DNA of 64,000 nt from Corallochytrium limacisporum Hawaii (taxonomy: Eukaryota > Protista > Pluriformea), in assembly GCA_002811645.1 (NCBI GenBank), contig PDIP01000056.1, forward strand, positions 1 to 64,000. The letters are read 5' to 3'. The first letter of the stretch is position 1. Each line of letters opens with the position of its first letter. Of the stretch, positions 43,826 to 56,862 are shown piece after piece. The position numbers and the translations under genes are program-made. The notes under the pieces were generated by a model. That model was not told where the DNA came from and made no database searches. It saw only the letters and a program-made list of their open reading frames with translations.

Positions 43826-45844
43826 TCAAATCCCGGGCTTCGACTTCCATTCCATTGGACTGGACCCCGAGCCCAGAGACGTCGGTGGGGAGGTGTCCGC
43901 CACTGATCCCGTGTCCGGGGTATGCCCTTGCAGACCATATTTCTTCATGAACTTGAAGCCGCGGTGGATGACTGCCTTCTGAATCAGTGGTAGAATCTTC
44001 GGGTCGACCATGACAAAGCCGGACTGGCGATAAATCCAGTACCGTGGCACACTCCTCTTGTGCTTCTCCCAGTCGAACGCCTGTACGTTTGAGTTGCCTT
44101 CTTCAAATGCAGCTGGCATCAGGGCCAGGAAGAACGCGTAGTAGTCACCGGTCGAACTGCGCCACAGGTGGACACCGTAGTATGTCTTTTGGTACTTCAT
44201 ACAGTACTCGAAATGGGCCGCGGCCCGTTCTAACGATCCGTCCGTGTCATTGTTGGCCTTGATCAGTGTGGCCCATGGATGGGAGCACAGCTGTTCCATG
44301 GATCGTCCCGTAATCATACAAACCCATTGGCTCACGAAAGTGAAACGCAGCTTCATCAAATCGTATTGCTCAACACCAACTGGAGTTTCGTCCTTCAGAA
44401 TCATTAGACCCAAAGGCATCTGTTTGAGGAAGCTAATGTTCGACATATGGGCCACCAACTCCTGTACGGGTTGATCCTCGATTTCATGGTCGTCCAACGC
44501 TTGTTCCACAAACTCTTCGAGCTGGAACGGTTCGTGAATTGCATTACCAGGCGGACTGGCCAATTCAGCGTCGGCAAATTGGCCTTTTTCACCTTTCTGT
44601 TGAGCCTTAGCGTGCCACTCCTTGGCGGCCTCGATGGCCTTCTTCTTCTGTTTTTCGCTCTCTTCCAACGCTGCCTTGAGCGTGGCAATGTAGCCAACTG
44701 CAGTCCGCACAATTTGTGCTTTGGTCGGCTGCGGGTGACCACTGAGAGCAGGCAAGGACATGTGCAAGTCATGGAATGCATCCTTCAGGCGCTGTCGACT
44801 GCGGGCCTCTGCAAGTTTGTGTGACTGAATCCGCGTGGACATTCCCTTGGTGGTTCCCCCGGCTCCGCCACCCTGTTGTGCTCCTGCCGCGCCCTGTGCG
44901 CCACCGTTCATGCCACCACCGGGCATACCTGGCATTCCGCTGAGTCCTCCCATGGCGGCAGCACTGTTGAAGCCGCCTGGCATGCCACGGCCTCCCTGGC
45001 CAGACAGGCCCATCACGTCGGATGTGGATGCGAGCCCACCACCCAGGCGTGCTTGTTGCTGTTGCTGCGCCTGTACCAAGGGATGGTTCGCTCTCAGTGC
45101 GTCTTCGCTCTTAAGACCTCCAGTGGACGGGTTGAACGGGTTATATGACGGACTGATCCTTCCTCTCATTGCTCCCTGTGCCGCTGCTGCTCCTTGTCCC
45201 ATGTTTTGCAGGATGCCACCGCCAACTTCGGACTTGCCCCCGAGCGTTTCCGCGTCCACGTAGGGCATGGTGAATTGTTTAAAGTATTCCATCAGTGCCG
45301 CATCGCCAGTGTCACGCAGTGGGGCTGCGCCTCTGTTTTCGCCACTGTGACCGCTCTGCACCGATGTAGCGCTTGGTGACCGTCCGCCTTGGCTTGCCAA
45401 ATCCGCCTCGCTATTGGCCGCAGAGTTCGGATCTTTGCTGCCAATAAGGTCAAGAATTTGGTCCATGACATTAATAGTATTACCAGCCGTGTCCAAATTG
45501 TTGTCTCTTTCCACCTTTTCCATCATTCTTGTGTGGCTACCCAGTGCTGTCTGCATAGCCTCCGGGTAGACAAAGGCTTCGTCGTTTCTCGCCACGTACA
45601 CCGCTCCCGCGGCCAAAAGATCCGGCATGGACGCAATGTGGTTGCCGAATTCTGTGTAGAGGACGACCCGGGCCGGGATTTGATACCCAGGTCCAATAGT
45701 CTGGGCCCATGCCTTCTGGTGGAGGATTTTGACAATCTCCGCAGGGGTCTGTTTGGAGTCCAAGCTCAGGACCACGCCGCTATGGCTATAATCTCCGTTC
45801 CTGCGGACGAGGATGGAGAACATTTGTCCACCGACACCATTCAT
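43826..45844 (-). CDS. Transcription factor, DCX/ubiquitin-like + bHLH-ZIP + PAS-like (paralog A), 672 aa
   Basis: bHLH SHKLAEARSRQRLKDAFHDLHMSLP..KAQIVRTAVGYIATL followed by a coiled coil. The N-terminal VRRNGD..G..YTEFGNHIASMPDL..VYVA..EAF is DCX-like, and the C-terminal MPLGLMIL..FTFVSQWVCMITGRSMEQLCSHPWATL..WRSSTGDY is PAS-like. Confidence 0.88.
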   Translation of the reverse strand: MNGVGGQMFSILVRRNGDYSHSGVVLSLDSKQTPAEIVKILHQKAWAQTIGPGYQIPARVVLYTEFGNHIASMPDLLAAGAVYVARNDEAFVYPEAMQTALGSHTRMMEKVERDNNLDTAGNTINVMDQILDLIGSKDPNSAANSEADLASQGGRSPSATSVQSGHSGENRGAAPLRDTGDAALMEYFKQFTMPYVDAETLGGKSEVGGGILQNMGQGAAAAQGAMRGRISPSYNPFNPSTGGLKSEDALRANHPLVQAQQQQQARLGGGLASTSDVMGLSGQGGRGMPGGFNSAAAMGGLSGMPGMPGGGMNGGAQGAAGAQQGGGAGGTTKGMSTRIQSHKLAEARSRQRLKDAFHDLHMSLPALSGHPQPTKAQIVRTAVGYIATLKAALEESEKQKKKAIEAAKEWHAKAQQKGEKGQFADAELASPPGNAIHEPFQLEEFVEQALDDHEIEDQPVQELVAHMSNISFLKQMPLGLMILKDETPVGVEQYDLMKLRFTFVSQWVCMITGRSMEQLCSHPWATLIKANNDTDGSLERAAAHFEYCMKYQKTYYGVHLWRSSTGDYYAFFLALMPAAFEEGNSNVQAFDWEKHKRSVPRYWIYRQSGFVMVDPKILPLIQKAVIHRGFKFMKKYGLQGHTPDTGSVADTSPPTSLGSGSSPMEWKSKPGI

Positions 45845-47719
45845 TGTGCTGTGTTTTGGAATGCCAGAGGCTAGTCACTGTTCATCACCTCTGTCGAAAG
45901 TATCCAGAATATGCAAATTAATTCCTGATCCAAGTGTTTGTTTCTGCAAGATTACCGCAGGGTCACGTTCCCTTTGACATGTATGAGCTCACTTGCTCCC
46001 TTTCTTCGTTAACGTCTTCTTTAGGTCCTTTTAATCCAGCAATTTCTCCACCGCAGCCATTCCCCGTTCCCTTCTTCCTCACATACCTGCACCTATGACA
46101 CCAGTTTACGCAACCTTGTCCTTTGGTCCTGTGTTTCTGTTTCAAAAACTGTCCATTAAGACCATAGGGTACGTAACGAAGCTGAAACGCGAACACCACA
46201 AAGAACTGTCCCGCAATTGAACACAAAACTTGCACAGTCAGTCTCCAAAATTAACACCCAGGGAAAAAAAGAGACTCCAAAAACTAAAAATGGAACGTAC
46301 AGGAACAAAGGGCCCGCTCATTGACATGTCTCGCTCGATCGTTTTCTGTTGTCCCCAGCCTCCGGCCGTTCCCTCCCTCCCCAGAGGCTCCTCCGCTCCG
46401 CAAAAGGATTTTTTCCCTTTTTTTCAAGCGCAGCCCCCCCACCCCGGCTACTTCACCACCGCCTGCCCCTTCTTCCACAATACACAAGCAAGGGGACTTA
46501 GCGGTAGTTCTGTTTGAATATGCTTTCGCAACTCCTGACGCACCGAAGAGACCATGGACAGAGGAGAGTTGATGAAGCAAACACGAAACACGGACAGCTT
46601 GCAGAATAGAAACAAGGTTCAATGGAGGAGGGAATGGGGGGCGGAAAAAAGGGGAGCGGTCACATCAACCGGGGGCGCAGACGTGAAGAAGACTTAGAAG
46701 GGAAAAAAAGCCAAACTTTTAGCTAGCTTGGGGCGGAGAAAAAAATGCAGACTCGCGAGAGAGCGCCACACACACACGCGCAGAGAACTGCCGCCCGCTC
46801 GCATGGGGAGAGCAGGGGGAGGGGGAGAGGGAGAGAGAGAGAGACGGAAAGCGAAAGACGGGGGGGGGGGGGTTGGGAGGGGAGTGGAGAAAGGCCCGGA
46901 GCAGTAGTGCCGGAAAAGGAGAGGGAGAGGGGGGGAGACGGGGATGAACGCGGGTCCTGCCCCCCCCCTTTGAGAACAAATCGAAACTGTAACAGCTTTG
47001 CCTTCTTTTCGGTAAGTTATTTTTTTCTTTTTTTCCACGGGGACATCCGCTTGTTGGTGGGCTGTTTATAGTAAATATATGGATTTTAACAAAGCGGAAA
47101 TGATCAGGGCCCGGGAAAAGATAAAGGGGGAAGCCGTATCTTTCAGAGAAGCCAGCCAAGCCAGGACGTGCGAGGGAAGGGAAGGGGACGGTGGTTCACC
47201 CCCTGGAGCCCGGGGACGTGAAGGGTCGGGCAACGATGGTCGATGGTACCATTTGGCGGCACTCTTTCCGTTCCCCTTCTCTCCTTGTCCTCTCCCCCTC
47301 CCCTCCAACAAATTCGAACGGTGGGCGGGTACGCCTGTGAGCAGTGTATTTTGATAGATACCGGATCAGCTGGGCTTCGTCCTTTGGTCTTTTACTTTTA
47401 GCTGCAGACGTGCTCGCGTAGTCAAAATTTCAGTTGCTGTGTATAATAAAGCACCCCCAACAACCCCCCGAGGGGGCGAAGATTCGCTCCGTAACACAAA
47501 AGGAAGAAATTTGGTGCCAGGTTTTATCTTAAACGGGGTGTGTGAGTGTGGGTGTGAGAGCGATACGGACACGGACACAGAGAGAGAGAGAGAGAGAGTA
47601 AGACCGAAAGTGTTCACATAGATAGCTGGCTGTGTGTGTGTGTGTGAGAGTTGTGTTTGGCGCCTGCGTGTCACTTGCCAGCAGTTCTCTGGATTTCTTT
47701 TCTCGCGCCGGCCATCTCC

Positions 47720-47726
47720 TTATATA
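47720..47726 (-). promoter_or_regulatory. Putative TATA box for paralog A (implies a long 5' leader)
   Basis: GCTATATAAGG on the minus strand in GC-rich context, about 1.9 kb upstream of ATG 45844. Confidence 0.3.
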
Positions 47727-49810
47727 GCACAGAGATCCCCCTGGTCGCTTTGTGTTGACGTGCGTGTGTAGTCCACCCCCCCCTCCCCTGGTCGTCGTCG
47801 TCGCGTTTGAACGCTTTCGATCATCAGTGTCTGAATCTTGCAAAGTTGGACCCTGTGTGTTCATTCCTCTCCCGGTCTGTCTCCGCAACCATTTGTTGGT
47901 AATTGCGTATGTTAAATTAATGGAGACCAGTACCACGGGACTGACGAACGTTCGAGTGCTTAATTTGGACCGCACCTGAAATACGAATTTACTACCTGAG
48001 GACCCAATCGATACAACAATATCCCTAGACCACTATAGCACGACACCGGATTTACCACCGCGGTCAGGAACTGACACCCATCATCGATCTTGACGCATTG
48101 CGAGAGCTCGGAGACTTGCCCCCAAGACCCACACTGGTCATCGCCGGTGGATGGTCCCATTGTTTTATTTCTAAAAACCGTCCAACCGGCTTGGTGTTAT
48201 CGGTCTCGAGCCCCTGTCTATGATTCATAGGTCGGGAAAGGGGTTCGCCAGGACACGCTCATCGAGAAGGGCATCACATACAAAATGTACTGAGTTTAAG
48301 AATGACTTGTTGGAGAGATGGGTCACTGGGGTCTTGACCACGGTCGCGTGTGTAGGTTGAAAATTCTGAAGAATGTTCGCGTTCTACTTGACACAGGTTT
48401 TCCGCATACTGAACCCAATCTTCGACAGGTCCAATACTCCCAACATAGCCCATTTTCACCCTGGCTGGGTGGGGCTGCCATTGGCTGTCAAGTAGGCACA
48501 CAGATCGGGCGCGCCAAACTGCCAAACCCGCAGAGACTAAGACTGGACAGAAGAGAGAGAGAAAGGGGAGCGAATACTCGGCGACGACAACCAACCAGAG
48601 AAACGATACACATCTCTCTGGAATTCTTCATTCATTTTGAATATTAGGTATAAGCTCTGCCTAGGAATACAGCAAACTTGCGCAAGAAAAAATGCAGCGG
48701 GTCTTTACCCTTCCCCCGGTCCCCCCAATTCAGGTCATGGTCCCGCAAAATACGAAGATAAAAAAAACCAACCGAGATATAGGAACCCCCAAAACAACAA
48801 AAAAAAAAGACACCAAAAAAACAAAATGCTTCAAATCTAAGTTGCTGATAGGGGCGGAAGGGAAGGGCCCGGGGGAAGGTGGACCCAATTCCGGTACAAA
48901 TCTCTATCCGAAACTTGACAAGCAAAATGGCGATTGTTTAGTTCGGGAATATCGTGATGAGAGTGAGAGGAGGTAAGGGCCGGCTTTCTCAATTGGAACG
49001 GAAGAGAATATGGTTTTACGCAAGAACTGTGACGGCTTGAGTTGGTATTGGGTATAGAGTGGTCATCAATCGGAGAGAGCTCGACCTACGCGAATGGCCC
49101 CAATAAGACGGCGCAGAAAAATTGAAAGCAGCCGATGAAGGAATTTTGCGCGGAATTTCATGACGGACACAACTAGCGGTGACATCTCCGACTTCTTCGG
49201 TGACTCCTCCTGCGGATGGGCTTGTCGTATACTTGGTATCGCGCTTGTGGACAAGTTTACCATGGCACTCACAATAGGGACGCCTTGACGCCTTGGGGAT
49301 GGTTGGTGATGATCATTTGCATCCTGATTCATGGGGAAAAGTAAAATGGCCGTAGGGCGCAGAGCGTAGGCACCAGTCCATACACTGGAAACCGGACTTA
49401 GGGAGGGGGGTGAAGGAGAAAGTAGCCGGACGCATCAGAAAAAAACCCAAAGTGCGTGGAAATCATATCAAAGGGTTGGCCAACAAGTCCACTTTAGCTA
49501 AGATAAGAGGCATAAACAGACATGTGTCACTACTCAATTGAGATTTCGGACAGAATTGCGTACGGGTTTCCCCCTTCTATTTTTTTTTGTATTTGTTTTC
49601 GTTTGGGTCGTATTTTTGTACGGCTTTTTTTTTACTTTTTTATGGTGGCTTGGGTGATGACTGTTCAGCCCCATTTATCTATCACAAGCGAGCGGGGCAG
49701 ACGAGGCGAATTATCGCGCGCGCAAATGCAGAATCGCGGCGGGAAAAGGGGCGACGGAGGGAGTGGGTATCTCCACTCGCAAAGCGCCAGAAGCATATTA
49801 AACGAATAAA

Positions 49811-49833
49811 CACACACACACACACACACACAC
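49811..49833 (+). repeat. (CA)n microsatellite
   Basis: CA dinucleotide run. Confidence 0.9.
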
Positions 49834-52800
49834 AATTTTCGCCATTTTACCTGTCATAGTAAACGCATTTTCAGAATCAGCAAATCGTGTTACCTCAAGT
49901 AGTACCACGGAGGTGTATAACACTTACAAGTCCGGCCGCCCGCTTCGTTATTTTGAAAAACTTTTTCAAGAAAACGGAAAAAAAATAGAAAGGAAAGGAG
50001 GAACCTAAAAAGAATCGGTGGAGAAAATCATTATCCGCACCGCCCGCACTCTTTGGTGCACTGTCTTATCTCCCAGTTGGCCTTCCCCTCCCCCTTCTCC
50101 CCTCCCCCTCCCCTCCCTCCCCTTGTTCTCTCCCGTTCGTATCCCAATGCCTCCATCAATTCCGCCGTTTCATTGAAACAAAAACAAAACCTGGGTAGAA
50201 GCCATTCTTACGCAGCAGGCTGTCTGCAAGGAATCCCAGTATTTCTGAGTAAGATCATCTTCAGCTATTCCCTTGGTACGTAAGCAACTTCTGCTACGGT
50301 CGTGCGCAAATTCTCCTTCACCAGTCTCTAGCTTCCGTTGGGTTTGCTTGTTTTTCTGTACGATCGCGATCATGCTTTCACACACATACGCTCCCAAGAA
50401 AAGCAGATTTACAACAGACACAACCAGACAGGTGCGCCCACAGTGACTATAACATTGGAAGCGTACTGATGACTTACAGGCGAATGGTGCATGTGCACTT
50501 GACATGCACATGTACATCCGTGCCAGGTCGATGCGACGATGATGAGGATGATGGTACTCCGACCATGATACAGCAGAGACCGAGCTCCGAACCACGGCCA
50601 TGCTCCCACCCGAAATTACCATCAACAACGGGGCGTCCAGTCTGGACGGGGGCCCTGTGGGCTCGTCGGTTGTTTTGTTTCAACCTGTGTGTTTTCCACA
50701 CACTATATGATGATTGTGAAGGGACAGAAACCGAGCCCATTGAAACGAGTACGAGGTGATTAAAGTGTATGCAACAGTAACGGAGAATCCTCTTTGTAAC
50801 CACTAAGCATCCAATTTCCCAGAGTTTAAGTTATGGTCATCGGAGCTGCACAAACGTTTAGGGAAGTGTACGATGATGAGAAGATGACAAACGATGACAA
50901 GGATCAAGACGTACGCATGCCTGTGGTGCGGCGTGTCTTTGGTAACTGTCGATATCATTGCCGCGTATGTGTACTGCGGATGTGCACTTGCTTCCACAAT
51001 TTTGTCGCAGCCTCGTATCTGCGTTGAACTCGTTTGTGGCCTGTGAGTGATGACAGTCACCCTGCTGCCGCTAGATGGAGTGCCTCGGCGCGCGCTCTAA
51101 ATCTAGCATCCCCGTCCCATATGCCTTCATCAATCCCCTTTGGCGGACCCGTTTTGGGTACGTCCAGGTCGTCCAAACCCCAACCTCGACATACAATAGC
51201 CCTTGATTAGCATTGCGATTTAAGCTCTTGTAGTCTACGCTCTAAAACTACGGCTCTTCCCGTCATTCCTCTGAAACCGCTTTTTGCATGTGCACGCCCT
51301 CCTAATCTTACTCGTCACACACACGCGCACATCCTCCCAAAATCCATCTCTGCGTACTGTGCATTCCAAACCCCGCTTGTGTTCAATGTTCTACTCCCTT
51401 CGTATACCTCCTTTGGAATGCTGCCCTCGTCAATCACTCAATATGTCCCTTTATCACTTGGATGCTGCATGTGAATGTAGCTAGAGGACGCTGTGTTGTG
51501 ATCGGCATTTGTAGGAATGTGGGGGGGCAAATGCTTTGGATGCACGCTAAATGACTTTGTTCACTTCCACATTCATCGTTCATTAATGTCTCTCCACGAA
51601 TTTGGGTTCGATTCTCTTACACTCTTCCCATCATCACTCCCTCCATTTCGGGGAAATGATCTGGGATTGCGGGAGTCTGTGCAGGGGTACGCTTTGGGTG
51701 TTTTGACGCCGCTTGCAAGTACCGGGGGCAGGCCTGGACCACGAGCCGGGAGATGGAAGGGGGAGGGACTCCCCCTCTCAAATTGGGGGGGGGGACCCGA
51801 ACGGGATCGCCCCCTCGCCCCCCTTCTCCCGCGCGGAGGGACCGAGGGGGGGGGGGGTGCCAGAGCCAGAACGATTTCGGGGGAGCGTACCACAAGCACT
51901 ACCTCGACATCTGTCCGTTGCCTACTCTTGGGGGTTTTGGGAGGAGACGTGAAGAAGATAAAGGAGTGCGAGAAGGGAAGAGATCTCTGACTGTGTGCGC
52001 CTACTCTCTAGGTCTCCATGATTCAGTCCCTCTTACGGAGAATACGGTCCCCCAAAGCATACTTCTTGGATGTGTATAGATCGGCAGTTGTAAATGGCAA
52101 CTGCAATGATGATCTCGAGAACACTGACAGCGAAAGGTCTGAAGTCATGGTGAGCGGATAGTTAGTATAGGCACCAGTCCCTCAATAACACCAACGAACA
52201 CGTGGACCGGACACCAGCAATAATTCTATGGATGGATGCAATTGTGAAAATGGTAGTACAATGGATACTTTAGTCCAAGTTTTTTGACCGATATCCGTTT
52301 GCGGTCTTCGGTTTTTGTGGCATCTGCTTGTGAAACATCTCCGGGACTATGATGATCAACGGTGACACACGATCACACGAAGCGACCCCAGTCCCTATGT
52401 CCGCCCGGTATCTGAAACACTCACTCCATGCTCATCTACGGAGGCACCGCGCATCAAGAGTTGGAGTCCGAACTCTGGAAGTATGTGAACGTCCTCTCAG
52501 GTTCCCTTTTCCAGAAACCCGCACATGTATACGCCCGCGGATTATCAGCCTGAAAGCATGCTAGACTGCTTGTTTGCTTAATGTCTTGGCAATTGCTGGA
52601 GGCACTTTGAATCCCCTTATGATGACGACTAATACAGGTAGCTACCCGCCCACCCACCCGGCACAACGAGCGAAACACCCTCTAACAAGGAGCGGACGCG
52701 GGGAAGGTAGGAAGGGCTGGTGACACCGGAAAAATTGTATGAGGCCGCACCCTTGGCATTTCAAAGATTAACGATATACTTATCAAATGTATATTATCAT

Positions 52801-55800
52801 CTTACTATATAGATTCTTCACTGTGTGGTATATTTATAAATAGTCCGTATGATTAAATATTGTTCTTGGGACCCGCCTTTCCTTTCGCTCGCGGAAATGC
52901 TTCGTAAGACTTCGGGAAAACGCAAGAGTCCCCCCTGTCTCTTTCTGTGCGCGAGTTTCTCTGAGGTTCCCGGGTCACAATGCCATCGTGCTGCTCTAAA
53001 TTGGTTGCTGTTGCTACCGCGCGCACGACCTGAGGTACACTGCAGCTGCTCTGTGACGCACATTCTTGAAAGGGGATTCTGGCGCTCGTCAGGGACCACT
53101 TTGACGACCAGATTCAGGAACCTCATTACTCAGGATCTCACACGGACCTCCATACCGACATTGGGAATCACAATGGTCCCCGGTTGCTGATGATCCACGG
53201 AAGGTGATTGGGTCTTCTCGATAAAACCGACCATATGTCGGCAACCACTACCACCACAACTGCTAGCATCGTTGTCATCGTCATCGTCATCCTCTACATG
53301 TGCTTCCCTTCCCTTCTCTGCTGGCTCTCCGAAGCTTCCTTTGGAGGAACACGCGCAGTATGTGCAAACATAACCGGTTGCCCATCTGCAAAGCACCCCC
53401 TCTCCCTGCACTTCCCTCCCAGTAACCCCTTCGCCCAAGGCCTTTCCTGGGACGCAAACACAAAAGTGGAAAAAAACAAGTGATAGTTTCATGCCCGTTT
53501 TGGCACACGATTGCTATCTAGCTCATGGCAAAAAGACAGACACACATGCACACAGAAGGAGGTGCTTCACAGATCTCACCCTACCACATTCCAAGACTCC
53601 CTCGTTTGGAAAGTGAACGGAGAGAAGTCTACCTGCCAGTCACCGTCAAAACGGAACAGTCCGCGGAACCGCGCGCCACACACAGACGACACCGGCAATC
53701 TCCTAACCGTGTGAGTTCCACTAACGATCGTCCACCCACGCACATATCACGGACCCAAAAATTTCAAGAGTCGGCAAGTATAGGAAGAGACGGGGCAGCC
53801 GAAACGGCCACTCGGCAGTAGCGTATCGATGGAGTGCCATGGCGGAAAAGGCCGAAGCGAGGACAAGGCTGAGCAAACGAACAGTCATGCAAAGCATCAG
53901 CAGATCGTTGAATCTCTCGGGCTGGAACCCATTTTATGATTAGTCAGTATGCTATTAACACCTGATTTTAACTATTTTATATACACAAATCTTAAAATTT
54001 TATGGAAGTCGGTATATAATTAGGGCCACTTTACCACAGGTGGTACTGTCGCACTTACGCGGCAAGAGTTGCCCTTCACATTTTCTGTGCTCCCCTCCAC
54101 CACCATCTTCCCTTTTTTGTCTCCGTGGCCTTTTCGTTTTCTTGCTGGTAGGGACGCAAGCGTACACATTTTCTATACGTTTACATAGTATATGAATATC
54201 TGAATTCTCTTCGGTTGCTTCTTTAACTTTGTTGGCCTCCGAAGACCATGACGCGAGATCTATGATAAACAGTCTTCCTAATTTCTTCGGTTGGCTATAA
54301 CGCTACCATAAACACCTTCACTCCCGAGGCAACGAAAGGGATGAAATCGCACTTCCCATTTTTCGTTGCTCACCCGTGTAGCCGAACAAACAAAGTTTTC
54401 TAACCACAAAATTCCAGGATTCATAGTGAATAAACTGCCCGATTTTTTTTCGCCGCCTCCGATTGGAGCCATACGCATATGTGCCCGTTCGATCGGTACT
54501 TACACGTTGGCGATGGGTTCGTTTCTGGTTGTAACGATTACACCCCAGAAACCAGAGATGATGAATTACACGAAACTAGCACGGCTGCGGCTGAGATTTT
54601 CCATAAAATAGTATGCCCAAAGTCATACTCAGATCTGAATACACTTCCTAGACCAGTGCTTTGTTATGAGTCGCTGCTGCCGGTGTCAAACACCGGCTAG
54701 TAATACAGAGATGCAGTGGCGGGACCAGTGGTGCGGTGGTGCAGGTCTTTTCCGTTTCAACTCTGAATCTATAAAATTTGCCAGTCCTTTCTGATAGCGT
54801 TTTTCACAGACGGAGAGATTTCTTTACGTACATTGAGTATTGAAATTCCCGGGAAAGGGTGTGCTTCTCCATATCTCGGAGTTCTGCAGCTAGCTTCATG
54901 CTGACAATAGCGGCGTGTCCGTTCAAGTGAGCTCCCTAAATTTTATGGGGTCATCAAATCCAGTGTGTCACTAAGGTATTGTTTGTGTACATCCGCCGTG
55001 AATTGACTGGGTATTTTGTTTTGCCCCTCTCGCTCTCTCTCTCTTTCTCCCTCTTGCGGTCGTGCCTTCGTATCTTTTCCCTCTTCCCATGTAATGAAAC
55101 GTAAGTTTTCCTTTCCTTGCTTGGCTCGTTCGGTTGCATCTTGCCCGGCTCCTCGGTTTCGGAGAAAAAGGGGGAGCAGGGAAGAGGGAGGGGTGTGGGG
55201 GGGGGAGGGACAGAGAGATTGACGTATGTCGAATCTCGATGCAGTGGTTCCATCAGTACTGTACCAAGACTATGGGATATAAAGGCATCGCCCTTGCTCG
55301 GACCGTGCTGGTCCAGTACCTGTCCTGACCCGTAACCCCCCTGCTTCCCCCCCTCACTCCCCCCCATCCCTTCTTCCCCAGCTCTCGACTCCGTGTAGGT
55401 GGCAAAGGGATCAGTTCCATGGTACAAAATTTGGTATATTCATTATGAACTTTGCAATCAAGGTACGCGTCAACGGTTTCTGTGCTCGCAACTGCAAGAG
55501 AACGTAACGGCAACAACAATTCACGGGTTGACCGATCCTTTCAATATTTGTCCCGTCACGCATCCCATATACTCCTCTCTATTTGGAAGGATTGGCCCGT
55601 TTAATACTGAATGCATTGACAGGACTGCAATGTACTTGTTAAATTGCAACAGAAAAAGGACATGAAATGAGAACTTCGCCACGTAGAGATAACGGATTCG
55701 GTGGTCTGAGAGTCCGCTGACTCCCTCCCTCCGCCCCTGTTCTGGCAGCGGCCCGTGTCAGATTTGAGTGGGGCAATATGTGACTTCGTCAGTCACACAC

Positions 55801-56826
55801 AGTCACCAGTTGGTCGCGAGAGAGGCCACTGCCGGGTGCAAGTGGGTGATGGCTTGAGTACGAAATCAGTGCCACATTAAGAAAGGTGTTCGATGGACTA
55901 GTAAGCAGGAAGTTAAAACTACGGTGAAGACAAAAAAGGTGAAACTGTGATTTAGGAGCACCGACGTTGTCGGTCCGGGCTCGCAACACTTTTTCTCACA
56001 ACTTCCAACACTGGTAGGCTATACAATAGGACAATTGACGATAATCTGTATGGCGTCATGTACAAATTTATACGGTCGGTCCGTACTACACGTTCCCATT
56101 TGTTCCTCGTTCCCAGTAAACACTCGGGAAGATTGTGAATGGTACATTAAGTACTAGTTTTTGCGTCTCTGTGTCCCGGCAAACAGTGCGCAGCAGTACG
56201 CATCGCTACCACACACCTCGCACAGCCGCGCCCGTTTCTGTGCGGCTTGTGGGCTGCCGCTTTCTTCCTCCTTTCGTCTACGAATGACCCGCACTGTGGG
56301 CGTAACTGACTGGCACGGAAAATCTGCACGGCCGCGGTAGACACATAACCCCGACTTTTTCACCCCACACACAGATACTCCCCTCAACCACAAAACCAGC
56401 GCAAATCACTGACCGCGACACCCACCGTGAGCCAGTGCTAATGTTCCTTTTAGTCTTGTCCCTTTTTGGCGCATAGGAGGAGTCTCAGGGGACAGAGACT
56501 TTCGGCATTTCGGAAGGCGGGGGAGGGAAGGAGGAGAGTGAGGGACGGGGAGGGGAGAGAGGAGGGGAGGACGGGTGGTAAAAAGAGGGGGGGGGGAGGG
56601 GAGGAGACGATGTGGGGACGGGAGGAGAGGGGGAAAGAAGGAAGAGAGGACCAGAAATCTGCACCGCGAAAGGTCGGACGTTCCGCTAGATGAACACCGT
56701 TGTTTCGGGAAGAGAGAAGAAAAGGGAAGGAAAAAAAAAGGTGGGGAAGGGGCCTGCGCAGTAGGTCCCTTCCCCACTCCCCACCTTCCACCCCTCTTGC
56801 GATTGTGTGCCGTAATCTACGACACA

Positions 56827-56862
56827 GAGAGAGAGAGAGAGAGTGTGTGTGTGTGTGTGTGT
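56827..56862 (+). repeat. Compound (GA)n(GT)n microsatellite
   Basis: A GA run directly followed by a GT run, about 1.1 kb upstream of paralog B. Confidence 0.9.

Noticed and set aside
47574-56844. Shared GACACA(GA)nGT string upstream of both TF paralogues
   Set aside because: It is mostly microsatellite and in direct rather than inverted orientation, so it is not evidence of a duplicated promoter.
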